A stretch of 63,571 nucleotides of DNA from a virus (IMGVR_UViG_3300032214_000555:1-63571); one strand, 5' to 3'. Shown: positions 36,363-46,538, counted from the first letter of the stretch. Made by a program: numbers and translations. The notes: generated by a model from the sequence alone, not told the origin.

Positions 36363-36395
36363 TATATTGTGGAACAATTAAAACTTAAAAGCAAT

Positions 36396-36596
36396 ATGGA
36401 AAATACATTAAGAGTAAAGTATAGCACTTTTCAGACAGAATTGTCATTCAATGAGTGGGCACAACACATTCAAGCATCTACACTATGGGACGAGGCAACA
36501 AACGAAAGAAACCGTCAGTTCATAGAGCAGTACCGAAACTTTAAGTTTGCAGAAGCATTCCCACCAACAAAACAAACCCACGAATATGCAGTATAA
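36396..36596 (+). CDS. Hypothetical protein
   Basis: LSFNEWAQHI; start moved to ATG. Confidence 0.65.
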   Translation: MENTLRVKYSTFQTELSFNEWAQHIQASTLWDEATNERNRQFIEQYRNFKFAEAFPPTKQTHEYAV

Positions 36597-37098
36597 AGAT
36601 TTTATTACAGATGTGCCTAATTGGCCAGCAGAGGGTGTCTTATTTAAGGACATCACCCCATTACTATCTTGTGCACAACCATTCAATTTGGTTTTGGATG
36701 ATTTATCTATAATGATTGGTGAAATGGGTGACAATATTGAATGTGTTGCAGGTATTGAAAGTAGAGGATTCATATTTGGTGCAGCAGCATCTGCTCTAAA
36801 TGGTTTAGGATTCATTCCTGTCCGTAAAGAGGGGAAACTACCACCACCTGTTGAGTACATAGATTCCACTAAGGAATATGGTAATGAGGTATTAGAGGTG
36901 AAAACAGGTTCAGGTGATGTAATCATTGTAGATGATGTGTTGGCAACCGGTGGAACTTTAAGAGCAACTGAGCAATTGTTAATCGAAGCAGGATATAATG
37001 TGGTAGGGGCAATTGTAGTAATAGATTTGACATATTTGCATGGTGAAATCCTAATTGGTGGAAAACCTGTGCAATCTTTAATTAAATACGATGAGTAA
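36586..37098 (+). CDS. apt: Adenine phosphoribosyltransferase
   Basis: GVLFKDITPLL, GIESRGF, RKEGKLP, EYG, IVDDVLATGGT. Confidence 0.93.
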   Translation: MQYKDFITDVPNWPAEGVLFKDITPLLSCAQPFNLVLDDLSIMIGEMGDNIECVAGIESRGFIFGAAASALNGLGFIPVRKEGKLPPPVEYIDSTKEYGNEVLEVKTGSGDVIIVDDVLATGGTLRATEQLLIEAGYNVVGAIVVIDLTYLHGEILIGGKPVQSLIKYDE

Positions 37099-37654
37099 GC
37101 ATATCATATTATTTGTAGCATTAGAAAGTGAATTACCACGAGAATTAGTACCACCAAATGTAAGTGTATATTACACAGGTGTAGGTAAAGTAAATGCTGC
37201 AATCAGAGCAACGCAAGTAATAACTGGTTTCCAAACGGCAGGATGGGTAGCAGAAGATGTAGTTGTACTAAACTATGGTTCAGCAGGTTCTAACACTCTA
37301 CCAAAAGGTACATTAGCAGATTGTAGATATTTCATTCAGCAAGATATGAATACTCCATTTGGTAAGCAACACGAAACACCATTTGATGAATTGGTATATC
37401 CTACATTAAAAGAACCAACGATTGAATTTGGTACTGGTTATGTGTGCAGAACGCAGGATAAGTTTGAGGATAACCCACAAGGTGTATTCGATATGGAAGC
37501 ATATGCAATTGCAAAGGTATGTAAGATATATGGGTTTAACTTTACTGCATATAAATTTATTAGTGATGGTGGTGATGTAGATGATTGGCAAGAGAATCAT
37601 TCAAAAGGAAAAGAGTTGTTTATAGAACAATTAAATAAGATACTCAATGGATAG
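37091..37654 (+). CDS. MTA/SAH nucleosidase-like (PNP_UDP_1) protein
   Basis: TGVGKVNAA, NYGSAGS, DMEAYAIA, KFISD. Confidence 0.88.
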   Translation: MSKHIILFVALESELPRELVPPNVSVYYTGVGKVNAAIRATQVITGFQTAGWVAEDVVVLNYGSAGSNTLPKGTLADCRYFIQQDMNTPFGKQHETPFDELVYPTLKEPTIEFGTGYVCRTQDKFEDNPQGVFDMEAYAIAKVCKIYGFNFTAYKFISDGGDVDDWQENHSKGKELFIEQLNKILNG

Positions 37655-37916
37655 GAGACAGATGATTGCTGACATCAATCCAGATGCACATATTTGGGAT
37701 GATTTGGATGATTGTATCATTGGTATAACCGAAGAGGGTTGTGCGGTATATGACATCCACAAAATGGAAAAGGAGTTGATGAAACAAAACGATTGGGATT
37801 GGGAAACGGCAGCAGAGTTCGTTGAGTTTAACATATTAAGAGCATACATAGGAGAATTTACACCTGTGCATGTTTGGACAATACCTGATGAAAATTTTGA
37901 AAAAAAGACTATTTAG
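37647..37916 (+). CDS. Conserved small phage protein
   Basis: DDCIIG..AVYD..EFVEFNILRAYIGE.TP. Confidence 0.8.
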   Translation: MDRRQMIADINPDAHIWDDLDDCIIGITEEGCAVYDIHKMEKELMKQNDWDWETAAEFVEFNILRAYIGEFTPVHVWTIPDENFEKKTI

Positions 37917-37918
37917 TA

Positions 37919-39763
37919 ATGAGTAGAGAAGAGCATTTGATGCGTACATTCCCTATGAAAGACGGTACAACTTACATACAAAATTTAGATAATCATATGG
38001 GTAACATTAATGCTGAAAACAGATTAGGGGAGCAAGTAGAAGACGGCAGAGAGGTATTTGACTTAAAAGTTGATTTGCTAGAATACATGCGACAAAACGT
38101 ATTTGTAGAAAGAAGCAAATTAAAAGTAGAACATCAATTTCAGTTTGAAACAATTGAAGAGCAAGATGCATTACTAATTCAAGTTCCTAATATAAATGAG
38201 AGTGGATACTATGCAGGTATAGTTGCATTGAAATCTTATATAGATAAATACTCACCTGAAATACGAGTTGCAATTGTAGACCCGGTGATTGATTACTTTT
38301 TTATAAATCCACCAGATAAACAAGGTGAGTTTTTTAATATGTTTAACACATATTCTAAACAAAGTCAATTTCATTTATTATATGAGCATCAAGAGATATA
38401 TGATATTGCATATGGGTTTGTAGGTAGATATATTGAGAAAGCAAACCCAAAGGTTTTAGGATTTAGTATTATAGATGGGAATATAGATGCTACTCTTGCT
38501 ATATCTAAACTGATAAAGGAAAAATATCCTAACATCAAAATCCTAATAGGTGGTAATGGTGTTGAATGTTTAGAGTTTGGTAGATTACCTAATTCAAATT
38601 ATAGAATAGATGATTATGATTTTATAGATGCAATCGTTAGAGGTGATGGGGAGCTGACATTCATAAACTTATTAAAATCAGATTGGAGTGATGAATCTTT
38701 ATCCGAAATTAAAGGTATAGTTTGGAGAGCAGAGGGTAGTTGGGTTCATAACACTACGAGTGATTATGTTGATATGAATACATTACCAGTTCCCGATTAC
38801 TCTTCATTAGAAGAAAACTATTATTACAAATCGGTTTATCAGGATACTAAACCATTATCAATGAGTACGGGTTGCCCTTACAGATGTTCATTCTGTTCGG
38901 TGCCAGAATATATACCTGAATTTAGACAGAAGAACATTTCTACTGTATTGCAGGAGATTGAGAGTTGGGTAGCAAAAGGACACAGATATTTCTTCTGTCA
39001 TGATAGTATCATCAACGGTAATCCAAAGTGGTTAAAGAACCTATGTGAAGCTATTGTAGAAAAGGATTTAGATATTAGTATAGGAGCTAATATTAGATTA
39101 TCATCACCTATGAGAGATTTGGATACGATGAGATTATATCGTAAAGCGGGTTTAACTAAAATGATTACGGGATTTGAATCGGCATCCGAACCGGTGTTGA
39201 GGCATATGAAGAAATACACCAATGTAGAGGGTGTTAGGGAAATATTTGAAAATGTAAGACAAATCAATAAAGAAAACATAGGGACTAAATATGAATTTCC
39301 ATTATTGTTTGGTATGCAACTTATCATTGGATATTTAAATGAGGGAGAAGATGATTTCCAAAAAACAATGGACTTCATTGAAGAGTTCAGAGATTGTATG
39401 GAGGAAATAGTAACCTGTTCAGCATTCCTTATACATCAACCATTACAGAAACGATGGATAAGAGAGGGAGAATATTTAAACTATATAAATGGTGTTAATT
39501 TTGCAACACTATACAATACACCAAAAGATAGATTGGATAGATTGGATAGAGCGGAGCAAACATTTAAAAGAATTGGAATTCCATACTCAATATACAACAG
39601 AGGGTTATATGCTGAATTGGATGCAAAGGGAGAATTAGGACAAGTTGGAGAAGAGTTCAACAAAAGAGTTGTAGAAGAACCAATAGTTGAGCAAGTTGTA
39701 GAAGAGATACCTATTATATCAAATATTATAGTAGAAGAACCAGTAAAAAGAAAATTGATATAA
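37919..39763 (+). CDS. B12-binding-domain radical SAM enzyme
   Basis: ILIGG, VRGDGE, GCPYRCSFC (CxxxCxxC), GFES; ends RKLI. Confidence 0.9.
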   Translation: MSREEHLMRTFPMKDGTTYIQNLDNHMGNINAENRLGEQVEDGREVFDLKVDLLEYMRQNVFVERSKLKVEHQFQFETIEEQDALLIQVPNINESGYYAGIVALKSYIDKYSPEIRVAIVDPVIDYFFINPPDKQGEFFNMFNTYSKQSQFHLLYEHQEIYDIAYGFVGRYIEKANPKVLGFSIIDGNIDATLAISKLIKEKYPNIKILIGGNGVECLEFGRLPNSNYRIDDYDFIDAIVRGDGELTFINLLKSDWSDESLSEIKGIVWRAEGSWVHNTTSDYVDMNTLPVPDYSSLEENYYYKSVYQDTKPLSMSTGCPYRCSFCSVPEYIPEFRQKNISTVLQEIESWVAKGHRYFFCHDSIINGNPKWLKNLCEAIVEKDLDISIGANIRLSSPMRDLDTMRLYRKAGLTKMITGFESASEPVLRHMKKYTNVEGVREIFENVRQINKENIGTKYEFPLLFGMQLIIGYLNEGEDDFQKTMDFIEEFRDCMEEIVTCSAFLIHQPLQKRWIREGEYLNYINGVNFATLYNTPKDRLDRLDRAEQTFKRIGIPYSIYNRGLYAELDAKGELGQVGEEFNKRVVEEPIVEQVVEEIPIISNIIVEEPVKRKLI

Positions 39764-39780
39764 ATACGGAGATTCCCCAA

Positions 39781-39825
39781 AGGGGGCGGGGGTTGGGGGA
39801 ATCGCAGTCGAAAAAGGAAAATTTT
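39781..39825 (+). repeat. G-run element, copy 1 of a long-range inverted pair
   Basis: AGGGGGCGGGGGTTGGGGGAA..GTCGAAAAAGGAAAATTT. Confidence 0.75.
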
Positions 39826-39858
39826 ATAGATAGTGCTTTGATTATTTAATTTAGAAAG

Positions 39859-40056
39859 ATGAATAAAAACGATGTGATTGCAACCTTAGCTTCGATAGGA
39901 TTAATATTAGGGTTATTTGGTGTATTATGGATATTAGGACATTATCCATTAGTTGTAGTATTTCTTTGTGTTGCAATCCTCATATGGGGTTTGTTTAAGG
40001 CAACCAAATCTATAATCAAAGACCATTTAGATGCGAGAGATGGAGAAAGCAAATAA
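39859..40056 (+). CDS. Small membrane protein
   Basis: Two TM segments. Confidence 0.65.
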   Translation: MNKNDVIATLASIGLILGLFGVLWILGHYPLVVVFLCVAILIWGLFKATKSIIKDHLDARDGESK

Positions 40057-40165
40057 GAACGGTTGGGTAGATGCCTTTTTGATATTTGCCATTATGTATT
40101 TAATTTCAAACGGTTACAACGGGTGGGGTTGGTTAATCTTCATCCTTATATTAAGAAACGGGTAG
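40040..40165 (+). CDS. Small membrane protein (41 aa)
   Basis: Read by hand; GWGWLIF. Confidence 0.55.
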   Translation: MEKANKNGWVDAFLIFAIMYLISNGYNGWGWLIFILILRNG

Positions 40166-40166
40166 T

Positions 40167-40328
40167 ATGAGTTGGATAAAAAGTAGATGGACAATGAGAA
40201 AAACCGGTAACTCATTTAGAGATGATGTTAGTTGGAATATAGTTTACCAATGGCAGGATTGTTATGGTGATGTATGGTTGGCGGAAAGTAGATGGGGATT
40301 TAGAGTTAAAACAAACGAAAACAGATAG
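40167..40328 (+). CDS. Hypothetical protein (53 aa)
   Basis: Read by hand; coupled to the next GTG. Confidence 0.55.
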   Translation: MSWIKSRWTMRKTGNSFRDDVSWNIVYQWQDCYGDVWLAESRWGFRVKTNENR

Positions 40329-40669
40329 TGTTAAACATCAAAAATCAAGACAAACTATTGGGTAAAACAATCTATTCTAAATTCCTACCACAAATGGGGG
40401 AATGGAAGGTGTTTAGTGTTTTAAGAGATGAACGTACGTTCGATATACGAATCCAAAACACCAAAACCCGCGACATGGATAGAATCTATTTAGATAGACA
40501 ACCCTACTTTGACCCAACTTCTTTTGAACCTAAATACAGGCTGATAGGATACTGTAAAATCAAAGGTGAGGAAAAATCGAAATTGATTGGGAAACATCAA
40601 ATTCAAGATATGGATATGCTTTTAATCCAAATGGTAACGGTGTTAAATAAAATGAGACCTACGACATAA
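40328..40669 (+). CDS. LxIxN-family paralog
   Basis: N-terminus MLNIKNQDKL. Confidence 0.7.
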   Translation: MLNIKNQDKLLGKTIYSKFLPQMGEWKVFSVLRDERTFDIRIQNTKTRDMDRIYLDRQPYFDPTSFEPKYRLIGYCKIKGEEKSKLIGKHQIQDMDMLLIQMVTVLNKMRPTT

Positions 40670-40698
40670 TAAAGAATTAAAAAATAAACAAAAAAGTT

Positions 40699-41202
40699 AT
40701 GAAAAAATTATTAGTAATTGCAGGAGTATTAGTATCATCCTTATCTTATGGACAGGATAAACACAATCATAAACTAATCCACACAATTGGTGGAGTGAGT
40801 GGATTTACAACAAATTCTCAAAATCCCTCAATGATTTTTGGTGGGTGGATTGATTTTGGAAAAGTAGGTATTGAATTTAAACGTGGTATGACTTTGGGTG
40901 ATGAAGACTTTACAAACCTTACTAATACAAACATACATACTATTAGTAGCACTTTTAGAAATCTAGGTATATTTGTTCCTCTATTCAGTATATCACGCCA
41001 CAGAGATGCAAATGTGTTTGTTTCTATGGGTGGGCAACTTGCTGATAATATTACCACAAAAGGAAATAAAAAATCTAATAGTCCTTATGGTGGGTTTGGT
41101 ATTGATTTTTCTTTTGGTCCTGATAATAGAGCAATCATTAGAACGGAATATCAGATTTCCAAAATATCAACCATAGGATTGGGAGTTGGATATAAATTTT
41201 AG
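40699..41202 (+). CDS. Small outer-membrane beta-barrel protein
   Basis: Signal peptide; ends GLGVGYKF. Confidence 0.8.
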   Translation: MKKLLVIAGVLVSSLSYGQDKHNHKLIHTIGGVSGFTTNSQNPSMIFGGWIDFGKVGIEFKRGMTLGDEDFTNLTNTNIHTISSTFRNLGIFVPLFSISRHRDANVFVSMGGQLADNITTKGNKKSNSPYGGFGIDFSFGPDNRAIIRTEYQISKISTIGLGVGYKF

Positions 41203-41204
41203 AG

Positions 41205-41555
41205 ATGATTAAAATAGAAAATTATAAGGGTTTAATTGGTGAAGATTTAAATGAATGGTATTCGGTATCCGAAGCATTTGAGTTAGAGGATGCGTATGTA
41301 TTTGTTATTAAATCGTATTTAGACCACCTATCGGAATTTACTTATAGATTGAGTAGAACTCCTAATCATGGGTTCTATCAGTTATCTATTTCAAACGACG
41401 TTCCAGCAACTCCTTTTCATTCTACGACTAAGGTATTGGGTGATTTGTTGATAAATCATGCTAACATATCAAACAAGTTTATGATTAAACGTAATATGTT
41501 ATCTCTTGCACAATCAATCCCATCTATTCTCAATACTAAAAAAGAACGTCAATGA
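41205..41555 (+). CDS. LxIxN-family paralog
   Basis: N-terminus MIKIENYKGL. Confidence 0.7.
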   Translation: MIKIENYKGLIGEDLNEWYSVSEAFELEDAYVFVIKSYLDHLSEFTYRLSRTPNHGFYQLSISNDVPATPFHSTTKVLGDLLINHANISNKFMIKRNMLSLAQSIPSILNTKKERQ

Positions 41556-41658
41556 TTAACACCTGTATAATAGGACTTGGTGTTTTATTTGTAGGGTTCT
41601 GTTTGGGAATGATTTTGATGTGGTTAATAGAAGATGAATAAAAAATAATTCAGAAAGT

Positions 41659-41692
41659 GCTTGTTTTTTTGCTCACAATTTCGTATCTTTAA
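41659..41692 (+). promoter_or_regulatory. Early-type promoter
   Basis: GCTTG...CGTATCTTTA. Confidence 0.7.
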
Positions 41693-41738
41693 TACGTGGT
41701 TGAGAGACAACGAATCATCCCCTCCCTCCACTTCTGAT

Positions 41739-42008
41739 ATGAATAATATGACCGTTAATTTTGAGAACGAACGTAGAAATGCCATTCAAGAGTTGAAAGG
41801 TGTAATTGGTAAAGAGTGTAGTGAAAACTTCTCTCCTACCCTAAGAGCTAAGTTAGTTGATTTTGATGAGTTCCATGATGTATGTACTATGGAGGTTGTT
41901 AAATCCCCTTATACATCTATGAAAAGTATGGGTTCTCTTAATGAGGATAGAGTAGGTGAGAAATACACCGCTCCCGCATCTCGCATTTGGAACGCATTTT
42001 TCTTCTAA
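41739..42008 (+). CDS. Hypothetical protein
   Basis: ATG after the CTTCTGAT leader. Confidence 0.7.
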   Translation: MNNMTVNFENERRNAIQELKGVIGKECSENFSPTLRAKLVDFDEFHDVCTMEVVKSPYTSMKSMGSLNEDRVGEKYTAPASRIWNAFFF

Positions 42009-42027
42009 TCTTTAAACCCCCTATATT

Positions 42028-42276
42028 ATGAGTTACGTTAAATTTGATAGACATGCCAATATGAGTTCGGAAACCCGTCGAGAGATATTGGATATTATTG
42101 GTGAGGTTGATTACAATACAGGCTTCGACCTTATGAATATGTTGTATGGGTTATTTGATGGATACCTTTACGATGATTTACTACCTGTGGTAACTAGACA
42201 TCCCGACCAATTACTTTACAATAGAGTAAAAAAGGTGGTTTTAACTGTCAAAAAATATCCAAAAATAAATGGGTAA
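42028..42276 (+). CDS. Hypothetical protein
   Basis: ORF in early cassette. Confidence 0.7.
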   Translation: MSYVKFDRHANMSSETRREILDIIGEVDYNTGFDLMNMLYGLFDGYLYDDLLPVVTRHPDQLLYNRVKKVVLTVKKYPKING

Positions 42277-42278
42277 AT

Positions 42279-42312
42279 GCTTGAATATATGAGCAGAATT
42301 TCGTATCTTTAT
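42279..42312 (+). promoter_or_regulatory. Early-type promoter
   Basis: GCTTGAA...CGTATCTTTA. Confidence 0.65.
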
Positions 42313-42369
42313 TATATGTGAGGTTCGTAGTACCCCACTTTAAAACTTAAAATCTAAAACAAAATTATT

Positions 42370-42840
42370 ATGGCTACTTCAAATTTTCACAACGTTAATG
42401 CTTCTCACATCTTCGCAGTTCAATTAGAAGATACCTATGAGTACGATGATTTAATCGACAATATCAAATCCGGTCTTAAAGAGACAGGTGAGTTCAATTT
42501 ACTTACAAAATCAGACCCTAACGAATTACGTTCTTACCCATCTACCGGCATTGGTTCATTAGACTGTTATGTTGAAGATAATGATGGTAATGGTATTGTG
42601 GTTACAGTTACGGCAGTTGTTCGTTCTGGTTACTACGATGGTGTTAATTTAGATTGGCATCTACACTTTGAAGAGTATGGTGAATCTGTTGAACATTTAC
42701 TACCACAAGCAGAGATTGAGCAAAATCGTTTGATAGAGTTAGTTGAAACGGTGTTCGCAGAATACACTACTCCATTAGGAGTTACTGCTCAATTCTCCAA
42801 TGGAGAAACGATTTATCATTCAACAACCTATCAAAAATAA
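42370..42840 (+). CDS. Hypothetical protein
   Basis: RSGYYDG and FSNGETIY motifs. Confidence 0.75.
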   Translation: MATSNFHNVNASHIFAVQLEDTYEYDDLIDNIKSGLKETGEFNLLTKSDPNELRSYPSTGIGSLDCYVEDNDGNGIVVTVTAVVRSGYYDGVNLDWHLHFEEYGESVEHLLPQAEIEQNRLIELVETVFAEYTTPLGVTAQFSNGETIYHSTTYQK

Positions 42841-42850
42841 ATGAAATAAT

Positions 42851-42927
42851 GCTTGACTTTTTGCCAAGCATTTTGTATCTTTACTATGTAGTTCGGGTTG
42901 AGCTACTTTAAACCCCTTTCCGATATG
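42851..42927 (+). promoter_or_regulatory. Promoter plus 5' stem-loop leader cassette
   Basis: Near-identical to 44586-44661 (TTACTATGTAGTTCGGGTTGAGCTACTTTAAAC..TTTCCGATATG). Confidence 0.75.
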
Positions 42928-43206
42928 ATTACTGAAACCCCAATTCCCGCTTTTAAACCTGTTTCTTTCTTAACTGACCTTCATTTGTTCATTGAGTATT
43001 GTAACGATTTCTACAACATTAAGACCGGTATGTACCCAGTTGCTACCAAAAAGGAAATCGTTGCCGCAATCGGTGAGTATCTTACAGAACCTCATGAATT
43101 TGAGATTCAGTTTGATTCCATAGATAGAGAGAATGTTCGTATGATATTAGAACCTTCTTACTCTCCGTTCGGTCCTGCTATCGAATTTACAGTTGTTGAA
43201 TCCTAA
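42925..43206 (+). CDS. Hypothetical protein
   Basis: FDSIDRE motif; start moved to ATG after the leader. Confidence 0.7.
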   Translation: MITETPIPAFKPVSFLTDLHLFIEYCNDFYNIKTGMYPVATKKEIVAAIGEYLTEPHEFEIQFDSIDRENVRMILEPSYSPFGPAIEFTVVES

Positions 43207-43217
43207 TCCCTACTATT

Positions 43218-43442
43218 ATGAATAAGTTTTCTAAAATTGAGTTACAAACTATTGCTGCCAATACAGATGCAGTTGGATTTGATAAGTTTTGTGAAGATAA
43301 TGGCATCAGAAACGTATGGTTAGATGTTACATTAACTGATTTCAACGATGGATACTACAATGTTGAATTGCCAGAGTACGGTATCAATGTTGCTTACTAC
43401 GGTGGTGTGTTAGATTTTATAGATGATTTAGAAGAAGAATAG
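43218..43442 (+). CDS. Hypothetical protein
   Basis: ORF in operon. Confidence 0.7.
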   Translation: MNKFSKIELQTIAANTDAVGFDKFCEDNGIRNVWLDVTLTDFNDGYYNVELPEYGINVAYYGGVLDFIDDLEEE

Positions 43443-43444
43443 AT

Positions 43445-43678
43445 ATGTTAGAAATAATTGGCTATGTTGCAATGGGATTGAGTATCCTATCATTTGCTTT
43501 CTCTAAACAGAAATTGGTTAGAACTACTAACGCAGTTGCTTGTTTGGTATGGGTATGGTATGGGTTCTTAATTCAGAACAATCCAACCATAATTGTCAAT
43601 ATTATGGTATGTATGGTACATATCCATTGGTTTGTTAATAGATGGTGCAGAATAAATAAGTTAAACCGTAAATCCTAA
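43445..43678 (+). CDS. Small 3-TM membrane protein (YgjV/PQ-loop-like)
   Basis: IIGYVA..R..N.VAC..W..YG.LI..P.IIVN. Confidence 0.7.
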   Translation: MLEIIGYVAMGLSILSFAFSKQKLVRTTNAVACLVWVWYGFLIQNNPTIIVNIMVCMVHIHWFVNRWCRINKLNRKS

Positions 43679-43875
43679 TGAAAAAAAACAACGATGTAAT
43701 AGGTGAGGGATTGGGGATACTAATCCTTTTCACATTTATAGTTTTGGTAATAGTAAAGCTTGAATGGTATATCGATATACCTTGGATAGTTGTATTTGCT
43801 CCTATATGGTTGCCTCTTATAACTGTTTTTATAGTCGGTTTCATTATGGGATTTACAGAACCACCTAAAAAGTAA
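43678..43875 (+). CDS. Small membrane protein
   Basis: KL...IDIPW.VVFAPIW motif. Confidence 0.7.
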   Translation: MKKNNDVIGEGLGILILFTFIVLVIVKLEWYIDIPWIVVFAPIWLPLITVFIVGFIMGFTEPPKK

Positions 43876-43879
43876 AGTA

Positions 43880-44170
43880 ATGCTAACTATAAAAAACATA
43901 GAGAAATTAGAGAACCAAAAGGTAAACCAAGATTGGGAGGTGGCTTCGATTTATGAAGCACCATCTACATATCGTATAACCATACGAAGCGTATTTTTTC
44001 CATACCAAAGGGTAGCGGAGTTAAGTAGGTTTGTTGAGTTTAACAATAATGGTATAGGTCATTATTACTTTTTTAATGAGCAAGGAAGAAAAACCCATAC
44101 TTCTTTGGTATTAGAACAAATTAAATATATGGGTAATATAGTAAATGCACTAAATTGGTTTACCTTATAA
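43880..44170 (+). CDS. LxIxN-family paralog
   Basis: N-terminus MLTIKNIEKL. Confidence 0.7.
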   Translation: MLTIKNIEKLENQKVNQDWEVASIYEAPSTYRITIRSVFFPYQRVAELSRFVEFNNNGIGHYYFFNEQGRKTHTSLVLEQIKYMGNIVNALNWFTL

Positions 44171-44173
44171 GAT

Positions 44174-44569
44174 ATGCTAACAATACAAAACCCTCGTAAG
44201 GATGTACATCACATCAACGGATTTGAAAGTGGTGGGTATAGATTGGTAGATGGTGGATTGAGTGGTGAAGGTTTAGACCATTTATCACCAGAAGCTCCAT
44301 ACTATACATTTTTCTGGTCTTATGGTGATGAGCCAGTAAGAAAGATTAAAGTTAGAATAAAGAGAACCCCTATAACTGATGACCCAAATCGCATATCACG
44401 ATATGGTATCAGCTATGGTATCAAATTTTACAAAAAGATAGAGAATAGTCCAACTTGGGAAGAGATATGGAAAGATATTATCAACAGAAACGATATAATA
44501 GATTCAAAGAAATTCTACCTTAAAATGCTTGCTTCAATTGAGTGGTTAAAAAACAGAGGATTATTTTAA
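44174..44569 (+). CDS. LxIxN-family paralog
   Basis: N-terminus MLTIQNPRK. Confidence 0.7.
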   Translation: MLTIQNPRKDVHHINGFESGGYRLVDGGLSGEGLDHLSPEAPYYTFFWSYGDEPVRKIKVRIKRTPITDDPNRISRYGISYGIKFYKKIENSPTWEEIWKDIINRNDIIDSKKFYLKMLASIEWLKNRGLF

Positions 44570-44585
44570 AAATAATTAAAGTTTT

Positions 44586-44661
44586 GCTTGTTTTTTTGCG
44601 CGGAATTTCGTACTTTTACTATGTAGTTCGGGTTGAGCTACTTTAAACACTTTCCGATATG
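44586..44661 (+). promoter_or_regulatory. Promoter plus 5' stem-loop leader cassette
   Basis: Near-identical to 42851-42927. Confidence 0.75.
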
Positions 44662-45018
44662 AGCTTACCATTTAACCTTAGTTCCCTTTTAGAAACCGCT
44701 TCTCTTGTAGAAGGTTACGGTGTTATTAAAAATGCTTTCCCTGTTAAGGGACAGTTTGTTGATAGGGTTATTACCTATCCAGAAGCAGTGTTCGATGCAC
44801 TTGCGGATGTTGCAGAAGATTACCAAGATTGGCCTGAGGACCAAGGGTTTGGTTCTTCTGATATGGCTTATGCCCGTAAGTCATTCATCGATACGATGAT
44901 TTCTATTGCTAATTTACGTGGTTATTACGAAACCAAATTCCAACCTTACTTAAAAGTGGTTGAGTATTCAGAGGTTGAGTATCATGAACAACAACTGCGT
45001 AGAGAGCAGGGATTGTAA
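44659..45018 (+). CDS. Hypothetical protein
   Basis: GFGSSD motif. Confidence 0.75.
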   Translation: MSLPFNLSSLLETASLVEGYGVIKNAFPVKGQFVDRVITYPEAVFDALADVAEDYQDWPEDQGFGSSDMAYARKSFIDTMISIANLRGYYETKFQPYLKVVEYSEVEYHEQQLRREQGL

Positions 45019-45052
45019 TTCTATTATTTGTTAAACCTTAAAATCTAAAATT

Positions 45053-45379
45053 ATGTTATACGATTCTTATGATGTTGAAGTTCTTGCTGACCGTTTAGAG
45101 ATGGAAGCAGAGGTTATTAGAGAGATGAATGAGCTCTGTGCGTTTGAATTTACCTTTAAGACCGGAGCCGAATATCTTTCAGCACGTCTAAATGGTTATA
45201 TTGAGGCATACAGAAATGTCCGTATTGAGGTAATCACTTCCGAAGGTTGGAATATTGATTTTCCCGCACATAGTGAAGAGGAATACTTTCAATGTTTAAA
45301 TAGTGCATATAAAAATGGTGATAAAATCATCAAAGTATATGCTAATTTAGACCATTATGAACCAAAAGATTGGTACTAA
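45053..45379 (+). CDS. Hypothetical protein
   Basis: ORF in operon. Confidence 0.7.
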   Translation: MLYDSYDVEVLADRLEMEAEVIREMNELCAFEFTFKTGAEYLSARLNGYIEAYRNVRIEVITSEGWNIDFPAHSEEEYFQCLNSAYKNGDKIIKVYANLDHYEPKDWY

Positions 45380-45380
45380 T

Positions 45381-45617
45381 ATGGAAATGGTAGGATGTAT
45401 AAAATGCGGGTATGATATGCCCGCATTACGATTTGCTTTATATGGGTTCAAATCCTGTGTAAATTGTAGCACAACCGAAAGGGTTGGTGGTGTCCCTATA
45501 ACAAACCACAAAACAGGAAATACTATTCAGATTGTCCCTAAATCAGTAGCTGAAAATCTTATACGTTTATCACAACGACAAGGTTACGGTGTATGTAAGG
45601 GAATGAAACATAACTAA
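45381..45617 (+). CDS. C4 zinc-finger protein (TraR/DksA-type spacing)
   Basis: CIKCG..MP.LR....G..SCVNCS. Confidence 0.7.
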   Translation: MEMVGCIKCGYDMPALRFALYGFKSCVNCSTTERVGGVPITNHKTGNTIQIVPKSVAENLIRLSQRQGYGVCKGMKHN

Positions 45618-45618
45618 T

Positions 45619-45954
45619 ATGAAACTATTAAACGGTATAGGGATTATCATTATTGCCCAAGTAATCTCTTTTATACAATTGCAAGGACAAGTGAAATGGC
45701 CCTGGGCAAAAGACCATCCGTTAGCAATGATGTTATTCGGATTACCCATTGGTTATATGTTTATCAAATCTACCGGCATTATAAATGAGGTGACCGGTGA
45801 GACCTGGCCTGGTCGTTTAATCGGACAAGCAGTAGGTATTGTTATATTCTCTATAATGAGCTGGGTTCTATTCAAAGAGCCACTAACAATCAAAACAAGT
45901 GTGTGTATTGCACTAGCATTATCTGTGGTAGTTATACAGATATTTTGGAAATAG
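45619..45954 (+). CDS. Small 4-TM DMT-like membrane protein
   Basis: Four hydrophobic helices; FKEPLT. Confidence 0.7.
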   Translation: MKLLNGIGIIIIAQVISFIQLQGQVKWPWAKDHPLAMMLFGLPIGYMFIKSTGIINEVTGETWPGRLIGQAVGIVIFSIMSWVLFKEPLTIKTSVCIALALSVVVIQIFWK

Positions 45955-45994
45955 ACTTGTAAAAGTGGAAAATTTGTCGTATATTTAGAACAAT

Positions 45995-46456
45995 ATGGAA
46001 ACAGAAGACGGGGTATATAACCCAAATCATTGGCAAGATTTATTACTACAAGCACTCAAAGATGATGAAGATTCTAGTGCATTATTAGGTGCTATGGCAT
46101 CTGTGCTCGGACCATCTGCTTTGCTTGATAAAAAACCTACATCGGAAAAGTCCAATTTTGTAAAACTATCCAACCCTGAAAAGTTGGCAAGTGATTATGC
46201 TCTATTAAGTGGGGATAGTGTTACAATAAAATATATGGGAGAGAATTCGGATTCATACAACTATCTGTATAGGGTAAGAACTAAACCTACTAATGCGGGA
46301 GAAATGCGTATAATGAAGAAAAAAAAGTATGGTTGTGTATATGTTGAGTTTGATTGCCAAAACGGAGGTAGAGATGGTAGACGATATGAAATGGATGAAT
46401 TTTCCGATTTTCAAAAGTTTATGGGATTGATTACAGATGTGATTTATAAATTTTAA
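45995..46456 (+). CDS. Hypothetical protein (internal LxIxN-like segment)
   Basis: VKLSNPEKL; preceded by a promoter motif at 45954. Confidence 0.7.
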   Translation: METEDGVYNPNHWQDLLLQALKDDEDSSALLGAMASVLGPSALLDKKPTSEKSNFVKLSNPEKLASDYALLSGDSVTIKYMGENSDSYNYLYRVRTKPTNAGEMRIMKKKKYGCVYVEFDCQNGGRDGRRYEMDEFSDFQKFMGLITDVIYKF

Positions 46457-46538
46457 AATATATGGATACAATTATAGTAGTTGCTCTATGTGTGGGTATA
46501 GTTTTATGGTTTGATTATTTGGATACATTTGATAAGAA

